The notes below the pieces were generated by a model. It did not search any database. It was not told where the DNA came from and was given only the letters and a program-made list of their open reading frames with translations. The position numbers and the translations under genes were made by a program. From Thermoanaerobaculales bacterium (GTDB lineage: Bacteria > Acidobacteriota > Thermoanaerobaculia > Thermoanaerobaculales > Sulfomarinibacteraceae), in NCBI GenBank assembly GCA_025456145.1, contig JALOLD010000002.1, forward strand, positions 61,549 through 125,548: DNA of 64,000 nt, given 5' to 3'. Positions 26,799 through 36,231 of this stretch are shown in pieces (the first letter of the stretch is position 1; every line of letters starts with the position of its first letter).

Positions 26799-28514
26799 CT
26801 ACTGGTGCATCGACATCACGCGCCAGGCGACGAGGCGGTCGTTCATCGCGCGCAGGCGCCGGCAGAGCAGCCGGCAGAGCAGGCCGAGGAACTGCATCGC
26901 GGCGTCCGGGTCCATCGACAGCACCTCCTCGAGCAGCGCACGGCTGATCGAGAAGACGGTGCAGCCACCGGTATGGGCCCTGGCGTCGGCGGATCTCGGC
27001 TGGTCGTCGATCAGCGCCATCTCGCCGAACACCTCGCCTCTGGTGAGGATGGTCAGGCACTCTTCACCGGCGCCGGGGACCATCCGGGAGATCCGTACCG
27101 CGCCGTCGACGACGATGAAGAGCCGGTCGCCCTCCTCGCCCTCGGCGACGATCAGGGAGCCCGACGAGAAGCTCTCCTCGCGCGAGTACTTGGCGAGAAG
27201 CCCCAGCTCCTGGGCCGACAGCCCCTGCTCGCGGAGGATGTCGAGCTTGGCCTTTTCGTCGAGCTCCACCGGCCGACCGGTCTCGCGACTACGGCCGCCG
27301 TTGAGCCGGTCGACCGGCATGTCGAAGAGCTCGGACATCTGGGCGTTGGACGCTCGGACCTTGTCCGCGAGGGTCTGCCAGAAGCTCCACAGAAGGCTGA
27401 CGCCGAGATCGCGATCGGCCCGGATCGCGGCCTCGAGCGCGCTCGCGTCGACCCGGTACAGGGCGCCGTCGCCGATCCCGACCGCGGTCGCCGATCGCTC
27501 GAGGCGGTCGACGTAGGAGAGCTCGCCGAACAACGACCCGGCGCCGAAGGTCGTGAGCACCTGGGTGCCGATCGGCGTCCGCTTGGTGATGTGGACCCGA
27601 CCCTTGCGGACCAGCAGGATGTCGCTCTCCTCCTGACCCTCGTGGAAGATGACCTCTCCGTTGCCGAAGGTGGTCGGCCGGAGGACGCGGGCCAGCGCGA
27701 TGAGCTGGTCGTCGGTGAAGTGCCGAAACAGCCCCATCGCGCGGAGCTCGGTGGCACGCTGCAGGAGGTTGTCCTGCTCGGTCGGCAGCTCGCCGACGAG
27801 GCTCGCCCGTCGCCGGTAGGCGGCGGCGTTGAACAGCCGCGCCTGGCTCAGGGCGACGTGGTCGCAGGCCTTCTGGAGCGCCGAGCTGCGCGTCCGGACG
27901 AGAGCGTCCATGCTCCTCGGCGAGCGGTGGCAGAGCCGCGCCAGGGTCTCGACCCGCCGCCGTTCCTGGTCCTGCTCGCGCTCGGACCGCCAGGCGGCGA
28001 GCAGCATCGCGTCGACGGCGCTCTCGAGGGCGATGTCGTAGCTCTCCCTCTCGATCGCGGCGCGTGAGGTTTCGACCGCGAGCCGGAAGTCGAGGGGGTT
28101 GAGACGCCGCGCCTGGAGGAACTCCGCGAGGGCGGCGCCGGGGTCGCCGTGGCGCAGGTGGAGGAAGCCCGCAGCGGTGTAGGCGAGGTAGTTGAACGGC
28201 GTGCGCAGCTTGGCGAGGTCGATCATCTCGACGGCGCGCTCGAACTCGCCCCGTCGCTCGAAGATGTGGGCCATTCCGAGGGCGTGCGAGGCCTCGAGGT
28301 TGCGGCGCTTGAACTCGCGGTCGAAGCTGTCGGGGTTGGTGTAGGTTCGGAGCCGCGCCGCCTCGCGACGGAGCCGGCTGCCCTGGGGTGACAGCGACGA
28401 CACCGTCTCGAGCAGCTCGGCGGCCTCGGTCGAGCGGCCGACCGAGTGGAGCCGGCGCGCCAGCTCGACGAGCCGCTCGATCATCGAGGGATGGGGAGTG
28501 ACAGAGTCATCCAT
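26799..28514 (-). CDS. TPR + tandem cyclic-nucleotide-binding domain protein
   Basis: 571 aa. N-terminal TPR-like helices, then two CAP_ED-type domains (GSLFGELSYVD..RSATAV and GEVFGEMALIDDQPRSADARA). No recognisable output domain. Confidence 0.85.
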   Translation of the reverse strand: MDDSVTPHPSMIERLVELARRLHSVGRSTEAAELLETVSSLSPQGSRLRREAARLRTYTNPDSFDREFKRRNLEASHALGMAHIFERRGEFERAVEMIDLAKLRTPFNYLAYTAAGFLHLRHGDPGAALAEFLQARRLNPLDFRLAVETSRAAIERESYDIALESAVDAMLLAAWRSEREQDQERRRVETLARLCHRSPRSMDALVRTRSSALQKACDHVALSQARLFNAAAYRRRASLVGELPTEQDNLLQRATELRAMGLFRHFTDDQLIALARVLRPTTFGNGEVIFHEGQEESDILLVRKGRVHITKRTPIGTQVLTTFGAGSLFGELSYVDRLERSATAVGIGDGALYRVDASALEAAIRADRDLGVSLLWSFWQTLADKVRASNAQMSELFDMPVDRLNGGRSRETGRPVELDEKAKLDILREQGLSAQELGLLAKYSREESFSSGSLIVAEGEEGDRLFIVVDGAVRISRMVPGAGEECLTILTRGEVFGEMALIDDQPRSADARAHTGGCTVFSISRALLEEVLSMDPDAAMQFLGLLCRLLCRRLRAMNDRLVAWRVMSMHQ

Positions 28515-28533
28515 CGTGTTTCCAGGATCTTCA

Positions 28534-28562
28534 ATTGTAGAAACTCCTGCGCCAAGCGTCAA
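28534..28562 (-). promoter_or_regulatory. Sigma70-type promoter of the cNMP-binding protein gene
   Basis: On the minus strand: TTGACG (28562-28557), 17-nt spacer, TACAAT (28539-28534). Lies about 20 nt upstream of ATG 28514, implying a very short leader. Confidence 0.55.
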
Positions 28563-28631
28563 CAGATGGCTCCCCGAACGAACAGTCCGGCGGGGTTCCC
28601 GTACCATGGGAGATCGGGTCGGCCCGGTCGA

Positions 28632-30467
28632 ATGGAATCGGGCCCCCGGCTGTTCCCCTGGAGGCTCCGGCGGCGCACGCCGGGACCGGAGAGGAATCGG
28701 AAGGTGCCGACTGCTCGCCTCGCCCTGGCCTTGATGATGGCGGCCGCGACCGTCCACGCGGCCGAGGTCGTCGACCCCGCCGATGTCCAGCCGGGCGCGG
28801 TCGGGATCTGCGTCACCGAGATGGACGGCGGCGAGGTGGTCGAGATCCCGGTCGAGGTGATCGGCACGATCGGCCCGTGGGCGCCGGAGGGCGAGATCGT
28901 CCTGGTCCGCCTCGAGGGCGAGCGCTACCGCCACACCGGGATCATCGCCGGCATGAGCGGCTCGCCGGTCTATGTCGACGGTCGCCTGCTCGGTGCGCTG
29001 GCCTTCGGCTGGCCCTTCGCCAAGGAGCCGATCGGCGGCGTGACGCCGTTCGCGAGGATGGTCGGTCTCTCGGCGGTTTCCGGGTCCGGCCCGGGTACGG
29101 GCGCGAGCCGGCCGGCCCTCGTCGAGCTCGTCGCGGCCGCCGGACGCCCGGGCCTCGGCGAGCGGCTCGCCGATTGGCTGCTGCCCGAGCGGGACGGCGG
29201 GACGGTGGGCCTGCCGGTGGCGGTCGCCGGGGGGCCGGCATGGCGCCCGGGCGACGGCGACTGGCTCGCCGAGAGCTGGCGGCGGCTCGGCTGGATGGCG
29301 GTGCCGGGCGGCGCAGGCGCTCCGACGGCCGGTGGAGCGGTCGAGCCCGGGGGCATGATCGCCGCGGTCCTGGTCGAGGGCGATGCGGTGCTCGCCGCCG
29401 GTGGAACCGTCACCGAGGTGCGAGGCGACGAGGTCTGGGCCTTCGGCCACCCCTTCCTGGGCGGTGGGGCGATCCGCCTCCCGATGGCGCGGGCGTCGGT
29501 GGTCGCGGTCATGCCGAGCCAGCTGAGCTCGTTCAAGTTCTTCTCGGTCGGGGAGACGATCGGCAGCTTCGAGGCGGACCGCTCGCGGGGCATCTGGGGC
29601 CGGATCGGCGAGACGACGCCGATGCTCCCGGTGACGGTCACCGTCGACGGTCGCCGCAACGCCTTCCGGATCGTCCGGCACGCGACCCTCAGCCCCTTCC
29701 TCGCCGCCTACGTGGTCCAGGCGAGCCAGGCGGCCCGGGGCCGGATGCTCGGCGACCAGACGATCGGCCTGCGGATCGAGCTCGACTACGCCGGTCAGGC
29801 GCCGGCGGTCTATCGCGAGACCCTGGCGGCCGGGGACGCGCCGGACCAGGCGGCGGCGCTCACCGCCGCGGTCGTCGCCTACCTCGAGAGCTCGAGCCAC
29901 GAGGTCCCCGACCTCGAGGGGATCGCCGTCAGCCTCGAGACCGTGGAGCGGCTCCGCTCCGCGGAGCTGCTCGAGGCGATCCCCGCGCGCCGGGTCGTCC
30001 ACCCGGGGGAGGAGCTCGTCGTACGGCTTCGGCTGCGGCCGTTCCGCGGCGGGGAGGTGATCCGCGATCAGGCCATCCGGATCCCGTCGGGGATGCCCGA
30101 GGGGCGGCTCGACCTGGTCGTCGCCGACGGCGCCTCGTGGTCGGTCTACGACCTCGGGATGCGGCCGCTCGAGCCCGGGTCGTTCGCCGACGAGGTGCGC
30201 CTGGTCAACTCGCTGACGCCGTCGACCTCGGTGGTGCTCGCCCTCGAGGCCCGGCAGCCCGGGGTGGCCCTCGCCGGGGGCAGCGTCGCGATGCCGTCCG
30301 GGCTGGTCGTCCAGCTCGAGAGCGGCCTCGGTCCGGCGATCGAGACCACCTCGTACACGGTCGTCGGGCGGGTCGACGTTCCATTCGACCTGCCGGTCGC
30401 GGGCGCCGAGAGGATCGAGCTGCGGGTCCGGGCGGAGCGTCGCGAGGGAAGGTCGGAGGTTCCATGA
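28632..30467 (+). CDS. Secreted peptidase S55 (SpoIVB-like) family protein
   Basis: HTGIIAGMSGSPVYVDGRLLGALAFGW matches the SpoIVB serine motif G-M-S-G-S-P. Signal peptide ARLALALMMAAATVHA. Alternative GTG start at 28704. Confidence 0.7.
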   Translation: MESGPRLFPWRLRRRTPGPERNRKVPTARLALALMMAAATVHAAEVVDPADVQPGAVGICVTEMDGGEVVEIPVEVIGTIGPWAPEGEIVLVRLEGERYRHTGIIAGMSGSPVYVDGRLLGALAFGWPFAKEPIGGVTPFARMVGLSAVSGSGPGTGASRPALVELVAAAGRPGLGERLADWLLPERDGGTVGLPVAVAGGPAWRPGDGDWLAESWRRLGWMAVPGGAGAPTAGGAVEPGGMIAAVLVEGDAVLAAGGTVTEVRGDEVWAFGHPFLGGGAIRLPMARASVVAVMPSQLSSFKFFSVGETIGSFEADRSRGIWGRIGETTPMLPVTVTVDGRRNAFRIVRHATLSPFLAAYVVQASQAARGRMLGDQTIGLRIELDYAGQAPAVYRETLAAGDAPDQAAALTAAVVAYLESSSHEVPDLEGIAVSLETVERLRSAELLEAIPARRVVHPGEELVVRLRLRPFRGGEVIRDQAIRIPSGMPEGRLDLVVADGASWSVYDLGMRPLEPGSFADEVRLVNSLTPSTSVVLALEARQPGVALAGGSVAMPSGLVVQLESGLGPAIETTSYTVVGRVDVPFDLPVAGAERIELRVRAERREGRSEVP

Positions 30468-32551
30468 GACGAACGCTGATCATCGGTCTGATGCTCGCGG
30501 CGGCGTGGGCCACCCAGACCCAGGCCGCGCAGACGCGGCGCTGGATCGTCGACACCGCGAAGGATCTGCTCAAGGGCCGCGGCGACGGTGTCGCCGTCAC
30601 CACCGACGGTCGCCTCGAGGGCGTCGACCGGTGGTCCGCGATCGCCACCCTCGACGAGCCGGTGGTGGTCGCCGGAGGGCTCGACGCCGACGGCTCGCTG
30701 GTGGTCGGCACCGGCCACCCCGCCAACCTCTACCGGATCGGTCGACGCGGCGCCGAGCTGCTGACCGCGGTGCCCGGTGAGCAGGTGACCGCGGTGCTGC
30801 CCACCCCCGACGGGATCCTGGTGGCGACCGTGGCCCCCGGCGTCCTGTGGCGCTGGCGCGACGGTCGTCTCGAGGAGATCGGCCGGCTCGGCGAGGGTGG
30901 CATCTGGGACCTCGCGGTGCACGACGGCGTGGTGATCGCGGCGGCCGGCTCGCCGGGGGGACTCTTCCGGCTCGGCCCGCGGGGCTTCAGCCGCTGGCTC
31001 GAGGTCCCCGATGTCCACGCCAGATGCCTGGCGACCGCCGACGGAACGCTGCTCGTCGGAACATCGGGCAAGGGCCTGATCCTCGGCATCGACCGGGACG
31101 GGCGGATGTCGCTGCTCGTCGACAGCCCGTTCACCGAGATCTCCGACATGGTGGCGACCGGGGACGGCTCGGTGTGGGCGGTCGCCCTGGTCGGCGAGCC
31201 GCCGGAGAGCCCGACCAACGGGAAGAGCGCGGCAAAGGCCAACGGTGAGGGCGACGACGGGTCGGCGACCACCGAGGCCGGAAGCCTCGACCTCGACCTG
31301 CCGAAGGTCAACGGCGGCACGGCCTCGTCCGAGCTCGTCCGGGTGACCCCTGAGGGCGCGCTGCTGAGCATCCACCGGTTCAGTCGCCAGGTCGCCTCGG
31401 CGGTCGCCCGCGACGGCGACGGGGTGCTGGTGGGCACCGGGTTCGAGGGCGAGGTCTGGCGGTTCGTCGACGACGGCGGCGCGCGCCTCGCGTCGGTCGA
31501 CGCGGTCCAGGTCGTCGGCATCGTCGGCGACGGCGAGATCCTGCTCGCCCAGGGGCCGGCGGCGGTGCTGAGACGGGCGCCCGGGGGCGAGCCCGGCCGC
31601 TTCCGCAGCGAGGCGATGAGATTCCCGCGGCCGATGCGCTTCGGGGAGTACCGGGTCGACCCGCCGGTCGACGGCCTCAGGATCCGCTTCAGGACCGGTG
31701 CGAGCGACAAGCCCGACGAGAGCTGGCTGCCCTGGACCGAGTGGACCGGGGCGGCAACCGGGCGGCTTCCTCTGCCGGCGGCGCGCTCGGTGCAGTGGGA
31801 GATCGAGCTGGCGCCGGGGGACCTCGTCGACCGGATCGAGGTGGCGATGGCGGAGATCAACCTGCCACCCAGGCTGACCGAGGTCTCGGTGGAAGACCCG
31901 GGAACCGTCTACCTCGCCGCGCCGCCGCCGAGCGGACCGGTCGTCGACGCGATGCACCCGGACATCAACGGTGTGTTCACGGTGATCGACGAGAGCACCG
32001 AGCGAGCGGCGCCGGCGGCCAAGGGCAAGAAGTTCTACCGCGTCGGCTACCGCACCGTGAGCTGGCAGGCCGAGGACCCCAACGAGGACCCGATGCGGTT
32101 CGATCTCGAGGTCGAGCGCCGGGACGGCCACCGGCTGCCGGTCGTCGAGCGCATCGAGGGGACCCAGCTCGCGGTCGACACCACCGCGATCCCGGACGGC
32201 CTCTACCGTTTCGTCGTCACCGCGTCGGATGGGCCGCAGAACCCGGGGGCGGCCCTGTCGGCCACTGCGAGCAGCCGCTGGTTCACCGTCGACAACACCC
32301 CGCCGCGGCTCGAGGTCCGTGCCGACGGGGACCTCTGGCAGGTTCGGGTCAGCGACGCGTCGAGCCCGATCGCCCAGGTCGAGTGGTCGCGCAACGGCGA
32401 TCGCTGGCACCCCCTGGCGCCCGCCGACGGCGTGCTCGACGGCACCGTCGAGAGCTTCGAGTTCCCGCGTCAGGGCGGCCGGGGACTGGTGGTCGTCCGA
32501 GCGATCGACCGGCACCACAACCGGGCCACCGAGGGTGTCGTCGAGGATTGA
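30464..32551 (+). CDS. Secreted beta-propeller-like protein with C-terminal Ig-like domains
   Basis: ATG 30464 overlaps the S55 stop (ATGA). Signal peptide MRRTLIIGLMLAAAWATQTQA. Repeated DG-x-L-x-VGT / GG-x-W blades. C-terminal beta-sandwich-like segments (PDGLYRFVVTASDG..., VEWSRNGDRWHPL). Confidence 0.7.
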   Translation: MRRTLIIGLMLAAAWATQTQAAQTRRWIVDTAKDLLKGRGDGVAVTTDGRLEGVDRWSAIATLDEPVVVAGGLDADGSLVVGTGHPANLYRIGRRGAELLTAVPGEQVTAVLPTPDGILVATVAPGVLWRWRDGRLEEIGRLGEGGIWDLAVHDGVVIAAAGSPGGLFRLGPRGFSRWLEVPDVHARCLATADGTLLVGTSGKGLILGIDRDGRMSLLVDSPFTEISDMVATGDGSVWAVALVGEPPESPTNGKSAAKANGEGDDGSATTEAGSLDLDLPKVNGGTASSELVRVTPEGALLSIHRFSRQVASAVARDGDGVLVGTGFEGEVWRFVDDGGARLASVDAVQVVGIVGDGEILLAQGPAAVLRRAPGGEPGRFRSEAMRFPRPMRFGEYRVDPPVDGLRIRFRTGASDKPDESWLPWTEWTGAATGRLPLPAARSVQWEIELAPGDLVDRIEVAMAEINLPPRLTEVSVEDPGTVYLAAPPPSGPVVDAMHPDINGVFTVIDESTERAAPAAKGKKFYRVGYRTVSWQAEDPNEDPMRFDLEVERRDGHRLPVVERIEGTQLAVDTTAIPDGLYRFVVTASDGPQNPGAALSATASSRWFTVDNTPPRLEVRADGDLWQVRVSDASSPIAQVEWSRNGDRWHPLAPADGVLDGTVESFEFPRQGGRGLVVVRAIDRHHNRATEGVVED

Positions 32552-32624
32552 CGAGGGGCACCGGCCCCGAGCGGTCGGTCGTGAGCTCGTTGTACGGAAC
32601 CCGTGCGACGTTCCGAGGTAAGAT

Positions 32625-33143
32625 ATGCCCGTGGTCCACACCCAACCCATCGCGGTCTACCCCGGGTCCTTCGACCCCTTCCATGTCGGTCACGTGGCGA
32701 TCGTCGAGCGCGCGAAGGAAATCTTCGCCCGGGTCGTCGTCGGCATCCTCGACAACACCGGCAAGGAGGCGCTGTTCTCCCCCGAGGAGCGGCTCGAGAT
32801 CATCAGCGAGCACTACCGCCGCGACGACCGGGTCGAGGTCCGCTCGTTCTCGGGGCTGCTGGTCAACTTCCTCGACGAGGTCGGCGCGTCGATCATCGTC
32901 CGCGGGATGCGCGCGGTCTCCGACTTCGAGTACGAGTTCCAGATGGCGCTGATGAACCGGCGGCTCGCCCCGCACGTCGAGACCGTCTTCCTCACCCCCA
33001 AGGAGGAGTTCACCTATCTCTCGTCGCGTTTGGTGCGTGAGGTCGCGGCGCTCGGCGGCGACGTGACCGGTCTCGTGCCCGACCCGGTCAAGCTCCGGCT
33101 CGAGCGACGGTACCGCAAGGCCACCCACCCGCCGACCCGCTGA
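32625..33143 (+). CDS. coaD: Phosphopantetheine adenylyltransferase
   Basis: AVYPGSFDPFHVGHVAIVERA (T/H-x-G-H nucleotidyltransferase motif), RGMRAVSDFEYEFQMALMNR, ISSRLVRE. Confidence 0.95.
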   Translation: MPVVHTQPIAVYPGSFDPFHVGHVAIVERAKEIFARVVVGILDNTGKEALFSPEERLEIISEHYRRDDRVEVRSFSGLLVNFLDEVGASIIVRGMRAVSDFEYEFQMALMNRRLAPHVETVFLTPKEEFTYLSSRLVREVAALGGDVTGLVPDPVKLRLERRYRKATHPPTR

Positions 33144-33156
33144 CCGGCCGGACGCC

Positions 33157-34281
33157 GTGCGGCTGACCGTCTTCGGCCCGGGCTACCCGTTTCGCGGCGG
33201 CATCGCGAGCACGACGACCCGTCTGGTCGGCGCGCTCACCGCACGCGGCCACGAGGTGCTCTTCCTGACGCCGAGCCGGCAGTACCCGCGCTGGCTCTAC
33301 CCGGGGATCTCGGACCGCGACCCCGAGGCCTGCCCTCCGGTCGCCGGCGCCCGTCCCCTCATCGACCCCTTCAACCCGGTCGGCTGGCGTCGGGTCCGGC
33401 GGACCGCCGAGGCCCACGAGGCGGACGCCTGGGTCATTCCCTACTGGACATCGGCGTGGTCCGGGCTGTGGTCGTATCTGCTCGGCGCCGACCGCCGGCC
33501 GGCGGTGGTCGCGGTGGTCCACAACCCTTTCGACCACGACGCCCGGCCCTGGCAGCGCCTCGCCGCGCGCCGGGTGCTCGGCCGCTGCGACGGGCTCTTT
33601 ACCCACGCGGCGTCGTTGGCGAGGGAGCTCGAGCACGTCCACCCGACCCTGCCGGTCGCCCATCACCGTCTGCCGGCGGCCGCCGCGCCGCGGCCCCTCG
33701 ACCGGGGGGGCGCGCGAGCCGAGCTCGGCCTGCCCGAGGGCCGCCGGGTCGCGCTCTTTCTCGGGCTCATCCGGCCGTACAAGGGGGTCGACCTGCTGCT
33801 CGAGGCCGCGGCCGCCCTCCCCGCCGCGTCCGACTGGTTCTTTCTCGTCGCCGGCGAGCCGTGGGGCGGTCTTGCCGACCGGTTGCGGCGACAGGCCGCG
33901 TCGCTCGGTCTCGAAGGCCGGGTGCGGCTCGATCTCGGATGGGTCCCCGAAGGACGGGTGGGGACGCTGCTCGCGGCGGCAGACCTGCTCGTCCTGCCCT
34001 ACCGGCGGGGGTCGCAGTCGGCGGTCGCACCCCTCGCCCTGACCGCCGGGCTGCCGGTGCTTTCGACCGCGGTGGGCGGCGTGCCCGAGCTGGTCGTCGA
34101 CGGCGACAACGGCATCATCGTGCCTCCCGGCGACGCGGCGGCGATCACGGCGGCGCTCGAGCGGCTCGACCCGGACCGCCTGGCCCGGCTCGCCGAGGGC
34201 GCGCGGCGCTCGGTCGCCGGGCTCGACTGGGACGACTACGCGTCGGTGCTCGAGGAGCTCATCGGCAGGGTCGTGAGATGA
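33157..34281 (+). CDS. GT4-type (GT-B fold) glycosyltransferase
   Basis: 374 aa. C-terminal motif LVLPYRRGSQSAVAPLALTAGLPVLSTAVGGVPELVVDGDNGIIVPPGD, typical of group-1 glycosyltransferases. Confidence 0.82.
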   Translation: MRLTVFGPGYPFRGGIASTTTRLVGALTARGHEVLFLTPSRQYPRWLYPGISDRDPEACPPVAGARPLIDPFNPVGWRRVRRTAEAHEADAWVIPYWTSAWSGLWSYLLGADRRPAVVAVVHNPFDHDARPWQRLAARRVLGRCDGLFTHAASLARELEHVHPTLPVAHHRLPAAAAPRPLDRGGARAELGLPEGRRVALFLGLIRPYKGVDLLLEAAAALPAASDWFFLVAGEPWGGLADRLRRQAASLGLEGRVRLDLGWVPEGRVGTLLAAADLLVLPYRRGSQSAVAPLALTAGLPVLSTAVGGVPELVVDGDNGIIVPPGDAAAITAALERLDPDRLARLAEGARRSVAGLDWDDYASVLEELIGRVVR

Positions 34282-34309
34282 CAACGCCCGCGCCGGAGCG
34301 CGGGCGTTG
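34282..34309. terminator. GC-rich hairpin between convergent genes (possible bidirectional terminator)
   Basis: CAACGCCCGCG (34282-34292), loop CCGGAG, CGCGGGCGTTG (34299-34309). No clear U-tract. Confidence 0.45.
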
Positions 34310-34330
34310 GTGGCTCGATTCGCCGGTCGA

Positions 34331-35326
34331 TCAGTGGACGAGGCTGCGGATCATCTCGTGCGCCTGCTCGCGGGTCAGCCCGTCGCCGACCGGCAGATTC
34401 TTGACCGGGGGCATGCCGTTCTCGTCGAGCTGGACATAGGCGACCGCCTCGTCGACGTCCCAGTACATCACGACGTCGAGGCCGTGACCGACCTCGACCT
34501 TGGCCGAGGCGAGCACCATGTCGGGGTTGATGGCGATCATCGACTCGGTTCGCCACACGGTGATCGCACGCCGGCGCTTGATGTCGCCGACCCACTCCTC
34601 GACGACCTCGTAGCCGATGCTGAGAATCTGGAAGGCGCAGTTCGAGAAGTCGCTCGCGAAGACGGTCGGGGCGCCGGACTGCGGATCGACGAAGATCTTG
34701 GGGTGGGCGAGCCCGGCGGCATTCTGGATGCCCTCGCAGCCGATACCGTAGGGCAGCAGGTCGCGCAGCGCGAACGGGTTGAACGCGGCGACATCGGGGA
34801 CGCCGCTCCCGTCGAGGGTGACCGATGCGAGGAAGGCGGATCCGTCATCCCGGTCCTCGGTGAACCCCCACCAGAGCAGGTGGAGGAAGGTGGCGCCGAA
34901 CTCGATCGGCTCGCCGTTGTCGTCGAGGACGATCGTGTCGAACCGGTCGATCATGAGCTGGGGGTTCTCGGCGGCGGTGCCGTCGCCGCCGGCGATGGTG
35001 AAGGGGCCGCTCCAGATCCCGTCGACGTACCAGGCGATCTCGACGCGCGAAACGAGCTCGTCGCCGGTCTGCCAGGCGACGAAGACGGCGCCGGTCAGCT
35101 CGTCAACTCCGACCTGCACGGAGGAGACGGCGGGGCCGGCAGTCTGCGGGATGGTGCTCTCGGTGACGGTTCCGTCGGCGAGGCGGTGGCTCACGACGAG
35201 CCCGTCGGCGGTCGGGACCGCACGGTGGAGCTCGCCATTCCTGGTCAGCACCATGTCCGCCGCCGTCGCGGCCGCCGCTGTGCCGACCAGGAGGACTGCG
35301 ATGAGTGTGGCTCGTGCCGCTCTCAT
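34331..35326 (-). CDS. Secreted hypothetical protein (331 aa)
   Basis: Signal peptide MRAARATLIAVLLVGTAAAATAA. GAGGGGG SD. Lies 2 nt downstream of the TPR gene. No motif recognised. Confidence 0.7.
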   Translation of the reverse strand: MRAARATLIAVLLVGTAAAATAADMVLTRNGELHRAVPTADGLVVSHRLADGTVTESTIPQTAGPAVSSVQVGVDELTGAVFVAWQTGDELVSRVEIAWYVDGIWSGPFTIAGGDGTAAENPQLMIDRFDTIVLDDNGEPIEFGATFLHLLWWGFTEDRDDGSAFLASVTLDGSGVPDVAAFNPFALRDLLPYGIGCEGIQNAAGLAHPKIFVDPQSGAPTVFASDFSNCAFQILSIGYEVVEEWVGDIKRRRAITVWRTESMIAINPDMVLASAKVEVGHGLDVVMYWDVDEAVAYVQLDENGMPPVKNLPVGDGLTREQAHEMIRSLVH

Positions 35327-35328
35327 GG

Positions 35329-36231
35329 TCACCCCCTCAGGTTGACCACGGAGGTCAGATCGGTCACGAGGAAGACATCGATGATTTCCTCGCTGATCCC
35401 GACCTCCGGGTAGTACGCGGTGAGCTCGCGCAGGTAGCGACGGGCCCGGAAGGTGTCGCCGCGTCTCACCGCGGTCTCGCTCAAAAGGAACAGACAGTTC
35501 TTCGCGACCTGGTCGTCCTCGTACTCGATGGCGAGATCGAGGGCTCGCTCGCCGCAGTCGTGGGCGCGCTCGAGGTCGCCCGCCAGAAGATGCCCGTAGC
35601 AGAGATCCTGCAGGGTCTCGTACAGCAAATGGTCGGCGCCGATCTCTTCGAAGCCGGCTCGCGCGCGTTCGCAGAGCTCGATGCCTTCGGCCAGGCTGCC
35701 GTTGCACATCCGGGCATAGCCGAGGTTGTCGAGGACCTGGTTGGAGTTCTCGGGCTGGAGCTGCCGCTCGCTCCCGAGCCCGGTCAGGATGTCGGCGAAG
35801 ATCATCTCGGCGTCGTCAAAGCGCGAGGTCTGGAGGGCGAGGCGACCCCAGGTGTTCGCCGAACGGATCCTGAGGTCGGGGTCGCCGGCCTCGGTGGCGA
35901 GGTGGGTCGCACGCTCGGCCCAGCCGCGCGCCTGGTCGACGTCGCCGATCGCGCAGTAGGCGTCGCTGAGGTTGTAGGCCGCCGACCAGCGGTTGCGCGG
36001 GCTCGGGCTGCGCAGGAAGAGCTTCTTGAGCTCGGGGATCTCCGGCTCGGCCCGGCCGGTCTGGATGAGCACGAACGCACGCTGACAGTAGGCGGTGTCG
36101 ATGAGGTCCTGGTCGCCGAGCGAGCGCGCGAGGGCCTCGGCCTCGGTGAAGAGCTCGAGCGACCGATCGAGGTTCGAGGCGGCGTAGGCGGCCTGGGCCT
36201 GACCCAGCAGCTCGTCGAAGCGGGCGCTCAC
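35329..36231 (-). CDS. TPR-like repeat protein (300 aa)
   Basis: All-helical repeats (e.g. AAYNLSDAYCAIGDVDQARGWAERA, LDNLGYARMCNGSLAEGIELCERA). The GTG start overlaps the stop of the XRE gene (GTGA). Confidence 0.72.
   Translation of the reverse strand: MSARFDELLGQAQAAYAASNLDRSLELFTEAEALARSLGDQDLIDTAYCQRAFVLIQTGRAEPEIPELKKLFLRSPSPRNRWSAAYNLSDAYCAIGDVDQARGWAERATHLATEAGDPDLRIRSANTWGRLALQTSRFDDAEMIFADILTGLGSERQLQPENSNQVLDNLGYARMCNGSLAEGIELCERARAGFEEIGADHLLYETLQDLCYGHLLAGDLERAHDCGERALDLAIEYEDDQVAKNCLFLLSETAVRRGDTFRARRYLRELTAYYPEVGISEEIIDVFLVTDLTSVVNLRG

Noticed and set aside
30146-32650. 834-aa minus-strand ORF. Similar long antisense or off-frame ORFs occur at 17624..19450, 19474..21036, 24688..26556, 43506..45779, 49811..51439, 57697..59946 and 60238..62301. 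Off-frame plus-strand ORFs occur at 28877..30463, 53328..54698 and 58215..60005.
   Set aside because: All overlap better-supported genes with clear motifs or TM patterns. All have Arg/Pro/Gly-rich shadow-frame composition. None has a plausible SD or start context.
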